Assembly: GCA_951406725.2 (NCBI GenBank)
Contig: OX597837.1
Span: 42,284,001-42,348,000, forward strand
Length of the DNA: 64,000 nt
Direction: 5' to 3'
DNA from: Octopus vulgaris
Taxonomy: Eukaryota
In this document: positions 39,284-53,685 of the stretch, one piece after another
Layout: each line of letters starts with the position of its first letter
How positions within the stretch are numbered: the stretch's first letter is position 1
Notes under the pieces: model-generated
Told to the model about the DNA's origin: nothing
The model's database searches: none
What the model saw: the letters and a program-made list of their open reading frames with translations, nothing else
Translations under genes and position numbers: made by a program

Positions 39284-39699
39284 GGCGCAGGAGTGGCTGT
39301 GTGGTAAGTAGCTTGCTTACCAACCACATGGTTCTGGGTTCAGTCCCACTGCGTGGCATCTTGGGCAAGTGTCTTCTGCTATAGCCCCGGGCCGACCAAT
39401 GCCTTGTGAGTGGATTTGGTAGACGGAAACTGAAAGAAGCCTGTCGTATATATGTATATATATATATAAGTGTGTGTGTATATGTTTGTGCATCTGTGCT
39501 TGTCCCCCTAGCATTGCTTGACAACCGATGCTGGTGTGTTTACGTCCCCGTCACTTAGTGGTTCGGCAAATGAGACCGATAGAATAAGTACTGGGCTTAC
39601 AAAGAATAAGTCCTGGGGTCGATTTGCTCGACTAAAGGCGGTGCTCCAGCATGGCCACAGTCAAATGACTGAAACAAATAAAAGAGTAGAGTAAGGAGT
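39284..39699 (+). mobile_element. SINE family 1, full length
   Basis: Matches 8236-8647. Confidence 0.92.
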
Positions 39700-41284
39700 A
39701 TATACATAAATGTATGTTTATGTCACTTTTGAGACTACCCTATTCAAAGAGAAATTGCCCCTGGTTCTAGGATACAAGTATTGCTTTAAAGTGATCTAAA
39801 TTAAAGCCTTCCATAAAAATTGCATCTTAATTTATCTTCCAAACACAAACTTAATAATGGCAGGATTTTTCGTTTTCTTAAAAATTAAATGAAACAAAGA
39901 CGATATTTTGCAACAAAAATATAGTGACAAAAAGATTATTAAGGTATGCATACATGCACACATACACCTATAATTACGTATCAATATATACATTATGTGT
40001 GTATATATATATATATATCTCATCATCGTCGTTTAACGTCCGCTTTCCATGCTAGCATGGGTTGGACAGTTTGACTGAGGACTGGCAAACCAGATGGCTG
40101 CACCAGGCTCCAATCTTGATCTAATAGAGTTTCTACAGCTGGATGCCCTTCCTAACGCCAACCACTCGAAGAGTGTAGTGGGTGCTTTTACGTGCCAGTC
40201 AAGCGGTACTGGCAATGGCCATGCTCAAATGGTGTTTTTTACGTGCCACCTGTACATATATAAAAAGAAGGGTATCTATTCACTCGAGGTGTGTGTGCCC
40301 CAGCATGGCCACAGCTCATTAGCTGAAACTGGAAAAATCAAAAATCAAAAATCATATACACACACACACTTCTCAGAGCAAATAGATACCATTTATATAT
40401 TATATAAGTATATAAATAAAGGTATCTATTTACTTTTGAGATCTCTGTATGTGCGTGTGTATGTGTGTGTGTATGTATGTATGTATGTATTCTCTAATCT
40501 GAGAATAGATGCCTAACATTCTCTAACTCGTCATGGTGACCAGGAAAAGGGACAGTATTACTGCTTGTCTTTCTCTGACAACATCACAAAGAGTTCTGAA
40601 ACTTGAGGTGGATGAGCTGCTATGTCTAGCAAGTTGAGCCACTTTACCCCGGCTTTGTTACTGGCTTCTTATTGACTAGTAGCAAATACGTGTGTGTGTG
40701 TGAGTTTGTCAATGTATTGATTGAGGGGTGTGCATGCTGGCCACCAAACGGTTTTTGCTTATGTGTAGCAACAGGTTCTCATCCAGAGACATACAATCCT
40801 TATATCTGTGCATGACTGAATGCATTCACCCTCTCTTTGCATGTTACTTCAAAGATGCATATGTGCATATTACATGTGTGTGTGTGTGTATGTGTGGGTG
40901 GGTACATGCAGATGCATGTCAGAAAGTTAGTTTGTTTGTACAAATAGATACAAGCTTGTACATGTATTCATGGATTTAGAAACGTATGTTTGGTGATGTG
41001 GTTAAACAATTCATGCTGAAATCATGAGACAATGAGATCAATTACACTGCGCAACACAACTGGTAAGAGGTCTTCTAACAAAGACGTGGGTCAACCCAAT
41101 GACTTAAGAGTGGTATTAAGCAGACAGGCATTGCGTGAGAGACCATCAGACTGGACGAACCTCTCACACAACTGTGTGGTGTTAATTGTACTTCATGATT
41201 ATGTTATGCTTACCAGTGTTTGGCCTAAACTGGACGGAAACCAAAGGAATCAAACAAACCATGATCCCTGCATCCTTTAAAGAT

Positions 41285-41484
41285 TACTCTTTAACTTGTT
41301 TCAGTCATTTGATTGTGGCCATGCTGGAGCACCACCTTTAGTCGAGCAAATCGACCCCAGGACTTATTCTTTGTAGGCCTAGTACTTATTCTATTGATCT
41401 CTTTTGCCGAACCGCTAAGTTACGGAGGACGTAACACACCACTATCGGTTGTCAAGCAATGCTGGGGGAACAAACATATACACA

Positions 41485-41532
<48 letters not shown>

Positions 41533-41686
41533 ACGGGCTTATTTCAGTTATCGTCTACCAAATCCACTCACAAGGCTTTGGTTGCCCTGAGGCTATAGAA
41601 GACAGTTGCACAAGATGCCACACAGTGGGACTGAATCCAGAACCATGTGGTTGGGAAGCAAGTTTCTTACCACACAACTACACCTA
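41285..41686 (-). mobile_element. SINE family 1, near full length
   Basis: Reverse-complement match. Confidence 0.88.
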
Positions 41687-41687
41687 T

Positions 41688-41726
<39 letters not shown>

Positions 41727-41757
41727 CACATATATATATACACACACATATATATAA

Positions 41758-41992
41758 GTAGATAGATTGACAGATAGATAAACAGATAGACAGATAAATA
41801 GATTGATCAATCGATAGATAGATAGATATATAGATAGATAGATAGGTAGAAAGACAGAAAGATAGATAGATAGAAAGATAGATAGATAGAAAGATAGATA
41901 GAAGGATAGATAGTAAGATAGAGAGATAGAAAGATAGACATATAGATTGATATACATATTGATAAATAAAAAGATAGATGTACATATTGATA
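41758..41992 (+). repeat. (GATA)n microsatellite
   Basis: Direct reading. Confidence 0.93.
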
Positions 41993-42461
41993 GAAAAAAA
42001 TATAAACTCACATCAACTATGAGCATCATGTGTGTGCAACTGCATGTCAGTGAGTGAGTGAGTGTGCATGCATGAGTGTGGTATTGCTACATGTGCTGAG
42101 TACACACATGAATGTTTGTGCAAATGTTGCTCTTATTTAATAAGTGCCTATTGATGTGTATGCACAGAGGCAAGCTTGCGGCTGCACAAATCTTCTAGAG
42201 TGCATCTGCGCATCTGTGAATACGCACTGCTTTGTAGACATGTGCAACTGCATGCATATATGCAGACGCTTTTATTTACCAATTTCATATATTCTTGTTA
42301 AGTCAGCCACTTCAACAGTTAGCAGCTTGCGAAAGCCTATTATTTGAACATCTTGACATGGACACAGGCAAAACCCTGCATGTATGTACAATATGAGTCT
42401 ACTATGCGCACAACATACATACACACACACACATATATATATATACACATATATATATATA

Positions 42462-42493
<32 letters not shown>

Positions 42494-42502
42494 CATATAT
42501 AC

Positions 42503-42564
<62 letters not shown>

Positions 42565-42604
42565 ATACATACATACATATATATATATACATATATATAC
42601 ATAC

Positions 42605-42635
<31 letters not shown>

Positions 42636-42714
42636 CATAAATACATATACATACATATATATATACATACATACATATACATACATATATACATACATAC
42701 ATACATATATATAC

Positions 42715-42748
<34 letters not shown>

Positions 42749-42864
42749 ATATATACATACATACATATACATACATATATATATATACATACATACATAT
42801 ACATACATATATATATATATATATATATGTATACGCGAGAAAGAAGCAACAAGAATGGATAGGT

Positions 42865-42955
42865 TTTTAGTACAATCGTTTCATACAAGGACAGGCTTTA
42901 TTAAAAGTTGCAAAAATTACAGCATATAAACGTGTCCCGTACTCATCAGCTAAAA
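42865..42955 (-). ncRNA. Type I hammerhead ribozyme (family B, left arm)
   Basis: Exact mirror of 43367-43457. Confidence 0.8.
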
Positions 42956-43366
42956 TACATGTGAGTTCTCTAGACATCCTATTGGTTGAGGCTATACTCA
43001 TGAAGTAATGTAGATAATTAAGTAACATAAACAGATTTCAAAAGTTCATTAAAGTTCTTTAAAGATGATGTACAGTCTTATCACAGAATTTTAAAAAAGT
43101 CTTAATAGCATCACAGAGAAGGTGACCTAATCCATAGTGCACATATGTAATCCCTCATCATATCTCTGGAAATTCATATGTGCACTATGGATTAGGTCAC
43201 CTTCTCTGTGATGCTATTAAAACTTTTTTTAAATTCTGTGATAAGACTGTACATCATCTTTAAAGAACTTTAATGAACTTTGGAAATCTGTTTATGTTAC
43301 TTAATTATCTACATTACTTCATGAGTATAGCCTCAACCAATAGGATGTCTAGAGAACTCACATGTA

Positions 43367-43457
43367 TTTTAGCTGATGAGTACGGGACACGTTTATATGC
43401 TGTAATTTTTGCAACTTTTAATAAAGCCTGTCCTTGTATGAAACGATTGTACTAAAA
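43367..43457 (+). ncRNA. Type I hammerhead ribozyme (family B, right arm)
   Basis: Stem I TTTTAG/CTAAAA; CTGATGA at 43373-43379; stem II GTACG-GGACA/TGTCC-T-TGTAT with a long loop; GAAA at 43440-43443; self-complementary stem III ACGATTGT; GUA triplet with predicted cut after 43451. Confidence 0.8.
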
Positions 43458-43622
43458 ACCTATCCATTCTTGTTGCTTCTTTCTCGCTTATAATCACCCC
43501 ACATTACTGTATTGTTAAAACAGTATAGTTTTTTTTGGTGCATCTAAGTTAGGTACCATATTCAAGTAAATTCATTTAAATTAACTTGAATCTTTATTGC
43601 TTTTTGTATATATATGTATATA

Positions 43623-43658
<36 letters not shown>

Positions 43659-43964
43659 CATACATATATATATATACATATACATACATATATATATATA
43701 TACATACATACATATATATACATATAGAAGCAAAGCAGCAACCGCAACAGCAACGCACTGTTCCTAAGTGGAAACCTTGAAATAACAATTTGTTACGATA
43801 GCAATTTCTGTAGTTTGTAGGGAAAGAGGTGTTAGTGGATTGAGTGGACCCCGGGACAGGATTGGTATTCATTTCATCGATTCTTATTTAGTTCAACAAC
43901 TTGCCACTGGCAGCAGAAAGGAAAGCCTTGCTTGCATGAGGACAGACTCAGAAATATGTCAGTG

Positions 43965-44010
<46 letters not shown>

Positions 44011-44072
44011 CATATATATATAAATATATATAACAGCAGATACTTCGATATAGTTTATTTATGATATATTCA

Positions 44073-44136
44073 GAATCAGTCTTGCTGATGAGTATCGCAA
44101 TAAGTACAAAATCACAGGTGATACAAGACTAAATTC
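44073..44136 (+). ncRNA. Type I hammerhead-like motif with G12>A core change, in a ~190-bp island within (TA)n
   Basis: Stem I AGTCTTG/CAAGACT (extends GAAT/ATTC); CTGATGA at 44085-44091; stem II GTA..TAC; AAAA in place of GAAA; stem III ATCAC-AG-GTGAT; AUA triplet. Confidence 0.6.
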
Positions 44137-44217
44137 ATTTTTAAATATCTTGCTTTGATATATTGCATTATATGATTAGTAAAATTTTTGGGGTAGATAT
44201 GATGATGTCCCTCTTAG

Positions 44218-44305
44218 CGTATATGTATGTATAATATGCCCTCTATATATAAATATATATATATATATAGATATAGATATATGTATATATATATATGTAT
44301 ATAGA

Positions 44306-44352
<47 letters not shown>

Positions 44353-44359
44353 GTATACA

Positions 44360-44406
<47 letters not shown>

Positions 44407-44445
44407 GTATATATATATATATGTATGTATATATATATATATATG

Positions 44446-44504
<59 letters not shown>

Positions 44505-44505
44505 G

Positions 44506-44542
<37 letters not shown>

Positions 44543-44560
44543 ATGTTATATATATGTATG

Positions 44561-44607
<47 letters not shown>

Positions 44608-44620
44608 GTGTGTGTGTGAG
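44218..44620. repeat. Compound (TA)n/(TG)n microsatellite
   Basis: Direct reading; similar long tracts at 42413-42833, 48950-49415 and 52545-53920. Confidence 0.95.
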
Positions 44621-45255
44621 TGCATGTGTGCTTATACACAAATGCACACACACACACAAACACATCCACCCACACATACTGCCAGCTACACACACACACA
44701 CATACACATAAACATATTTATAAAGTCATGCTAAGATATTGCAGCATCCACAGAGGTGCAATCATGGCCATCTCCAGATATGGAGTTATGGAGTTCGCTC
44801 CACAACCGGATGGTTTTCGGCTTCACTCCCACCACACTGCACCTCGGGCGAGCGGCTTCCTCTATAGCCCAAGGCCAACTAATCCACTGAAATTGAAATT
44901 GATAAACAAACTTTATGAAGCTCATCATGCTTGCATGTGTGAGAGAGAAAGAGGAGGAGGTTGCATGCACGTGTGTGATGTTTTAATGGTGTACTTAGCA
45001 TAAAAATGCACCAAGTTGTAGACAGTGATGTTTGTTGACATTCTCCTGTCAACGAATCATCCGGCAGCTCTGAATTTTCAAGGAACCAATGATGGAATAT
45101 GAAAATTCTTTGATAAAGAAAAATATTGAATTTGAATGCAATTGAGCTGGCAATATTTGTTTGAAAGAAAAACTTTCTCTCTCTTGCTATATATACGTGA
45201 ATTCTGTTTGACCCATGCATATATATAAGAGAGCATATTAAAACTGTCATCATGA

Positions 45256-45286
<31 letters not shown>

Positions 45287-46056
45287 GTTTAACGTCCGCC
45301 TTCCATGCTAGCATGGGTTGGATGATTTTGATTGAGGGCTGGCAAACCAGACGGCTGCACCAGGCTCCAATCTTGATCTGGCAGAGTTTCAACAGCTGGA
45401 TGCCCTTCCTAACGCCAACCACTCTGAGAGTGTAGTGGGTGCTTTTTACATGCCACCGGCACAAGGCCAGTTAGGTGGTACTGGCAATGACCTCACTCGA
45501 ATCTTTTTATACATGCCACCAGCACAGGTGCCAGTAAGGCGACGTTGGTAACGATCACGCTCGAACAGTGCCCCTTTACGTGCCATCGGCATGGAGCCAG
45601 TTGGCTGCTCTGGCAACGATCACACTCGGATATATATATTATCATCATTTAATGTTTGCCTTCCATGCTGGCATGGGTGGGACAGTTTGACTAGAGCAGC
45701 CAGGCAGAAACCTGCACCAGACTTCTGTAACTGTTTTGGCAGGACTTTAACAGCTGGATGCTCTTCCTAACACCAACCACTCAGCAAAGTGGACTTAGTG
45801 CTTTTTACATGGCACAAGCACAAGCGAGGTTAGTTTCGGCAAGGTTTTTTACAGTTGGATGCCCTTTCAGATGCCAACCATTTTACAGTGTGGACTGGGT
45901 GCTTTTTAGTGGTAGTTGCACTGACAGGGTCACTAAGTACTTGCAAGACAAAAAAGAAAAAAAAGGACTCATTTGAGAAGGAAGGGTTATTGGAGGAGGT
46001 GATCTTGTGTCAAATGATGAAAGGTTTACAGTGAGGTAGAGAGACAGAAACAGCTA

Positions 46057-46104
<48 letters not shown>

Positions 46105-47114
46105 AGGAATGAAGACAGAAACATGTGTGCTGCTGAAAGGAAGTATATGATTACCCAACTTGAGGGAAGTGTAAGAGGAGGAGAGAGAGAGAGACACACA
46201 TACACACACACAAATAATATATATCTATCTTTCTATCTATATATCTATCTATCTATCTAGAGAGAGAGAGAGAGATAAAGAGAGAGAAATGATTCCAATA
46301 CAGGTCTAATATTTGATTCATCGACCTATAAAGGATGAAAGGTAAAGTCGTAATCAGGGTGGTATTTGAACTCAGAATGCAGTAAGACTGAAGAAACACC
46401 ACAAACCAATCTCTCCATTGCTCTATCTACTTGCCTAATTCATCTTACACACAGACATATGAATTCTGCAGCATCTCCACCTAGCTAGTTCCGTTCACAA
46501 GGTATTGATCAAGCTGAGTGTTAGGTGGAAGACAAGCATCTAAAAACCCACAGGATTGTGAAGTGAAACTCTTAACTTCTCACAAACGTAACAACATCCC
46601 TCATCATCATCATCATTTAATGTCCGTTTTCAATGCTGGTATAGGCTGGATGGTTTGACAGGGGCTGGCTAAGGCAGGAGGCTGCACCAAGCATCACTGT
46701 TTGTTTTGGCATGGTTTTTATGGCTGGATGCCCTTCCTCATGCTAACCCTAACATTACAGATTGGACTGAGTGCTTTCTATGTGGCACCAGCACTGACAG
46801 GGTTTGCTTTGGCTTGGTCTTTACAGCTGGGTGCCTTCCAAACCCCTACTGCATCCATGAACTAAATATTGATTTCTAGTCTAGGCAAAAACAAGATCAC
46901 ACATTAGGAGAATGAGAGTAATCTATCATATCAACCCCAGTACATGACTAGTATCTTATTTTACTGTGGCTACGTGATTAAGAGGCTTGCTCCCCAACCA
47001 TGTGGTCCTAGATTCAGTCCTACTCTATGACACCTAGAGTGTCTTCTACTATGGCACTGGCATAACCATAGCCTTGTGAGTGGATTTGGTAGGCAGAAAC
47101 AGATAGAAGTTCAT

Positions 47115-47346
47115 AAGGAAGTGAGCTGGCAGAAACGCTAGCATGCCAGACAAAATGCTTAGTGGTATTTCATCTGCCGCTACGTTCTGAGTTCAAATTC
47201 CGCCGAGGTCAACTTTGCCTTTCATCCTTTCGAGGTCGATAAATTAAGCACCAGTTACGCACTGGGGTCGATGTAATCGACTTAATCCGTGTGTCTGTCC
47301 TTGTTTGTCCCCTCTGTGTGTAGCCCCTTGTGGGTAATAAAGAAAT
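47115..47346 (+). mobile_element. SINE family 2, full length, 20-bp TSD, nested in a decayed SINE1
   Basis: TSD agaaacagatagaagttcat at 47095-47114 and 47347-47366. Confidence 0.92.
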
Positions 47347-48120
47347 AGAAACAGATAGAAGTTCATCTTGTGTGTGCGTGCATGCATGTGTATGTGTGCC
47401 CTGGTTGTGACATCAAGTGATGGTTGTCCCTTATCTTCTTCCACGTCTGGCCATAGAATATATTACCATATTTGGAAACAGGTGATTGTGGGTGATAGGA
47501 AGAGCATCCAGCTGTAAGAAAAGCTATCTTAACAAATTTTGTCTGGCTCATGGAAAAGTGGATGATAATGACGACGATGATGATGACTCTAGAAGGAACC
47601 ACAGGTAAAATTGGCCCCTAGCAGGATGTAAGTCTTAACATATAAAACACATGTAACTGAATAGTATAAAACATTTTGTTCAATGCTCCACCAATGTCCG
47701 ATGCTCTACCGACTCCATCATTCCACATTTTGCAAGTTTAGTTCAGAACTTGACTATTTCTGTCAGGAAATACTCAGCATAGAATAATCAAATGAAGAAT
47801 TTAACAACTCGGAGACCAAGGAGGTTTAACCACTTCCTATTTCTTAAGAGTATCAATATGAGACTTAATTTCCCAAGAATATTTGCAATTTTATAGATAG
47901 GAGGTCCAAGAGTTTTGTACAATGTTTGTGGGGGGGTCTACTGTTTCAAAAAGCGAGGAGATGGGAATGGAACAAGAAAGAACATAAAATGCATTGAATG
48001 CTAAACAGAGAGGAGCCGTGGAATCAAAGTAACAAAGAATCAATCGATACTGTTGAGCACAAAGATGTTTATCTCGGATCACAAGTCAAAAATCAATTTA
48101 TACAAGTAGATTGAAGGAAT

Positions 48121-48548
48121 TGGTGAGGGTGGTGAGGGTGGTGGCGACAGAGGTGGTGAGAGCGGTGGTGACGGAGGTGGTGAGAGTGGTGGCGACAGAG
48201 GTGGTGGCGACGGAGGTGGTGAGAGGTGGTGGCGACGGAGGTGGTGAGAGGTGGTGGCGACGGAGGTGGTGAGAGGTGGTGAGAGGTGGTGGCGACGGAG
48301 GTGGTGAGTGGTGGCGACGGAGGTGGTGAGAGTGGTGGCGACGGAGGTGGTGAGAGCGGTGGCGACGGAGGTGGTGAGAGCGGTGGCGACAGAGGTGGTG
48401 AGAGATGTGGCGGTGGAGGTGGTGAGAGGTGGTGGCGATGGAGGTGGTGAGAGTGGGGGCAATGACGGAGGTGGTGAGAGTGGTGGCGATGAAGATGGTG
48501 AGAGTGGTGGCAATGATGAAGATGGTGAGAGTGGTGGTGGTGGTGGTG
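48121..48548 (+). repeat. G-rich 21-24 bp minisatellite (ggtggtgagaggtggtggcgacgga)
   Basis: About 18 units built on (GGT)n. Confidence 0.92.
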
Positions 48549-48949
48549 TAATTTCCTTCAGGTCATTTCCAGAACTGTTCAGGAAATAGGTTTATACAGA
48601 AAATGTAGATAGAAACTATAATGACTTTTTGAAAATAAATAAATATAAATAATCGAGAAAAGGCAGGAGAATGGGTGCCTGTCTGTCTGTCTGTCTGTCT
48701 GTCAGGCTGGTGCAAACAAGACAACAATAAAATGTCTACAATCAGAACGGTGCACTCAAATCTGTGTGTGTGTGTGTGTGTGTGTGTGCATGTGAGAAAG
48801 AGAGTGTGCGTACATACACACACACCTCATTAGGAACAAGACAAAACTATGCAAAATTTTCATTCTACTTAATAGACAAACAATTCTTTTCAATGGCTAG
48901 CTTCTCAGTTTTAAAGAAACACACAAGTGTATGTGTGAACGTTCATGTG

Positions 48950-49015
<66 letters not shown>

Positions 49016-49226
49016 GTTATATATAAGTATATGAATGTATGTGTGCCTGCATGTATTTTGTGTATGCATATATATATATATATACATACATATATATATA
49101 TACATATATATACATACATATATATATATACATATATATACATACATATATATATATACATACATATATTATACACATATATACATACATATATATATAC
49201 ACATATATATATATATATATATATAC

Positions 49227-49259
<33 letters not shown>

Positions 49260-49271
49260 CATATATATATT

Positions 49272-49354
<83 letters not shown>

Positions 49355-49891
49355 CATATATACATATATATACATATATACATACATATACATATATACA
49401 TATACACACATATACATTAAAAGTACATATACATACTCACATGTGTGTGTGCGTGTGTGTGTGGCTGCCAACATCACTACCAAGAAGGAAATTAGGTATA
49501 ATGTGATGAAACTACCAATATTTTCTATTAGTTATTGTCTTCTCACACTTAACCCTGTTTCTATTTGTTCCTAGACTGGAACAAATGGCTTATTTGTTGG
49601 TAGGAAGTTTATTTTATTGCCAACACTCAGGAAATTAGGAATTGAGTGACAGAGAGAGAAAGATAGGGAAAGAGAGAGAGAGAGAGGGAGAAGAAGAAGG
49701 AGGAGGAGGAAGAGGAGAAAAGATCAATGCATTTAATAGACTTGATCAGGTGCGGGGACAAAATACACACAATTGTTTGGGAGTCTCCAAGCAGCAGACG
49801 AAGGACTTTCAATAAGCAATCAGGGAATTTATGACGGAACAACTCGGAGCATGGAGTAGGTGGGTGCCCAGGATATAAAACAGTGACTGCA

Positions 49892-49922
<31 letters not shown>

Positions 49923-51440
49923 ATAAGGAAGGAGAGGAGGATGAAAGACCAGCGAGGATACAAAGACAACAGAATGAAACGAGAGAGGATATGAAAGAAA
50001 AAAAGTTCAATTTATAGTAAGCAAGTGTATAATTTTCACTTAACTGTCATTCAACACTCAGTTCATTTAACCGAGATGTTGTTTAGCAAAAGATCAGCCC
50101 TGATCGATCAGACAGATCTATGATCAAATGCCATCAGGGTGGCAATCATGTTATCTATTTTATGTTTTTTAAGATATTGGTCTTCATTATTCAGGATGTT
50201 GTTCTTATCTTAACCCTTTTCTTACTACTTTTCTAATGATTATGGGGTCGATGTTATCGAATTAATTTCTAATATATTCGTGATTTTTTGTTTTTTAGGA
50301 GTTTGGTAAAATATCTTCTAGTTTTTACTTGTTTCAGTCAACTGGACTGTGGCCATGCTACAGCATTGTCTTGAAGGATTTAGTCAAACAAATTGATCCC
50401 AGCTAAAACTTTTTTTAAAAGCCTAGTAGTTATTCTATTGGTCCCTGTTGAAGGTTCAGGTGACAAACACAATGGCACATGCACACACACACACACATAT
50501 ATATATATGGGCTTCCACATAGTTTCTGCCAGTCAAATTTATTCACAAGGAATTGGTCACAGAAGACACTTACCCAAGGTGCTACACAGCAGGACTGAAC
50601 AAGAAACCATGAGATTACAAAAGGGGTTTCTTAACTACATATCCATGCCTGCACCTATCTCTAACTTTTATGTGTTAGTTACTGTTGGTTGATTTCAGGT
50701 CAGCTCTGGATATGCAGACCTTATGACCAAAGACATTCCAGCCATGAACATCATGTTGTTTTTACTAGGTATTGTGCAGCCCAAAGTACAATATCCAATG
50801 ATATCCTTTGGTAGAGGGTGATGTGAGATTTTGCCGTTGTTTCTGGCAGGTTGAGCATGAAGGGTGAGCTTCCCATATAAGTTCATTCAAAAACTGGTAA
50901 CTTAAGTGTGTGTACACTCCCATAACTTAGCGGTTTGGTAAAAGAGACCGATAGAATAAGTACTAGGCTTGCAAAGAATAAGTCCTGGGGTCGATTAATT
51001 AAACTAACAGGCGGTGCTCCAGCATGGCCACAGTCAAAGGACTGAGACAAGTAACAGCATAAAAGAGTAGCAGAGATGAGCCTAAATATTACCATGTTTT
51101 ACCTAACACATGGTTACTGCTACTTGTAAGGACTGTTCTTTTGCCATCAAGCACTGGACTGTGGCCATACTGGAGCACTGCCTCGATGGGTTTAGTCAAA
51201 CAAATTGATTCCAGTATTTACTTTTTTTTTAAAATTCTGGTACTTATTTAATCAGTCTCTTTTGCTGAACCACTATTGAATATATTATGACAAAGCATCC
51301 ACAAGAATTTATCTTGGAGTTTATGGAATATAAGAACCAAATATCTCCCAAAGAATAATAACCACATGAAAGCATGTACATAGTCTCTTGAGCTGCTAGA
51401 AACAGAAGTCAAAAAGTCCCTCAAATCAAAACCTATTGCT

Positions 51441-51669
51441 TTAACCCTTTAGTGTTCGCATTATTCTGCCAAAATTAATGCTTATTTATCCACATTGTTT
51501 TGAAATAATCATGCATTATCTTGTAGCTATGAGATTTTGATGAGGTAGCTGTTAATTATTAAAACGATATTGTAGGGTAGGTGTGAGAGACCAGATCTGG
51601 CCAGTTTGACCATAAAACAGGTAGAATACTTTTGGCCGGATATGGCCGGTTTAGATGCTAAAGGGTTAA
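51441..51669. mobile_element. piggyBac-type (TTAA) MITE, family 1 (opposite orientation)
   Basis: TTAA-CCCTTTAG...CTAAAGGG-TTAA. Confidence 0.88.
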
Positions 51670-52784
51670 TCAGATAAACATAAGTTGACCAATGCAGTCC
51701 TTGATATACAAAGTAAATAAAATAAACAAACAAAAGCAAACATGATCATAGCTGTAATGCCTTTTGTCACGGGTCTGTTTTCTGTCAGCGTTGACCTGTG
51801 GCTAAAGTAGTTTTCAAATTTCCTTTCTTCTTAAGCTTCTGAATAAATGCCAGTCATTATTTTGAGAACTTACAAGCAAATTTATCAAGAGTAAGAAATA
51901 TCTTGGCATCAATAAGAAATAAATTATCAAGACAGCTAGCTCTCTTACTGAACTGTTTAAATAACTGGTCACTGGTGATGTAATCATGTTTATACAAACA
52001 AGCATAAAAAATAAAAAAATTCTGATTTAATAAGATTGAGAAGCTAATATTAAATAAAAGCACGAGAGAGAGAGAGAGGAAGAGAAAGGAGAGCGAGAGA
52101 AAGAAAGAGAGAGAAAGAGAAAGCAGTTAAACTGTCTTAATTGCCTGGAACTTGGAACGCTGATATAAAAATGGTTGACAGGATATTTTCAATATTAATC
52201 CTGGTTCAGCACCTTAGAGGTCAGATTTAAACTTTCATCATCACTCCTGTATCCATAAACGAAGTTATTATTATTCTACAGAGGCTAATGGTTCAGAAAG
52301 CATCGGTGCCTACCTCAGCTAACACAGAATGGAAAGTCTCAAAGAGAAGGCGGCAAATGCTACAACTCTTTATTCACCATATTTGTTGATATGGCTAGAC
52401 CGTTCGAGACGGCCTACATATATACATAAACATAGCATAATATTGCACACACATGCACATATATATACATACACATTCATACGTTATATAAGCAAGAGTT
52501 ATGATTTGCTGATGAAGTCATGCACGCGCATGTGTGTATATATCACTATGTATATACATATATATACATACATATACATATATATATATACACATACATA
52601 CATATACATATATATACACATACATACACATACATATATATATACACATACATACATATACATACACACATATATATATATATATATATATGATATATAT
52701 ATATACATACATCCCACATATATATATATATATGTATATATATATACATACATACATCCCATATATATATATATACATACATCC

Positions 52785-52837
<53 letters not shown>

Positions 52838-53654
52838 ACACACACATATATATATTTATATATATACATGCGTATATAGTTAAATAATAAAAAAGGTTCT
52901 TGGAACAGTTTAATATATTTGAAAAATATATTTTCAAATATACACATATATATACACACATAGATATATATATACATATATACACACATATATATACACA
53001 TATACATATAATTATATGTATACACATATGTAACTATATATATTCACATACATATAAATATATATACACATATACACACATATATATACATATATATATA
53101 TACACATACATGTATATACACATACATATATATATATATCCACATATATGCATGTATATATATATGCACACATACATATACATACACAATATATAAACCC
53201 ATACATATACATATATATACACACACATATATATACACACATACATACATATACATATATATATATATATACACACATACATATGCATATATATATATAT
53301 ATATACATACATATACATACATATATATATATATATACATATATATACACACATATACATATAAATACATGCATACACATATATATAAATATATGTATAT
53401 ACACATACATATAAATATATGTACATATATAAATATAAATATATATATATACACATACATATAAATATATATACACATACATATACACACATATATATAT
53501 ATACATATCTATACACATACATGTATATACACATACATATATATCAATATATATATATATACACATATATGCATACACACATACATATATAAACGCATAT
53601 ATGTATATATATAAATATATATATATACATACACATATATACATATATACACAC

Positions 53655-53685
<31 letters not shown>

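Larger units (their letters stand above)
42835..43607. mobile_element. Fold-back Penelope-like (pLTR-type) element, family B, in (TA)n
   Basis: Arms 42835-43147 and 43175-43487 (313 bp, about 3 mismatches by eye, 27-bp spacer); about 120 bp more unique sequence to 43607; (TA)n/(TACA)n on both sides. Confidence 0.85.

Noticed and set aside
48079-48589. Extensin- or mucin-like Pro/Thr-rich ORFs
   Set aside because: Translation of a GGT-based minisatellite with frame-breaking unit lengths.
52500-52545. CTGATGA as a hammerhead core
   Set aside because: No downstream GAAA or stem III before the microsatellite.
52915-52942. Small AT-rich palindrome tatttgaaaaatatattttcaaata
   Set aside because: Short and AT-rich, expected by chance next to TA tracts.
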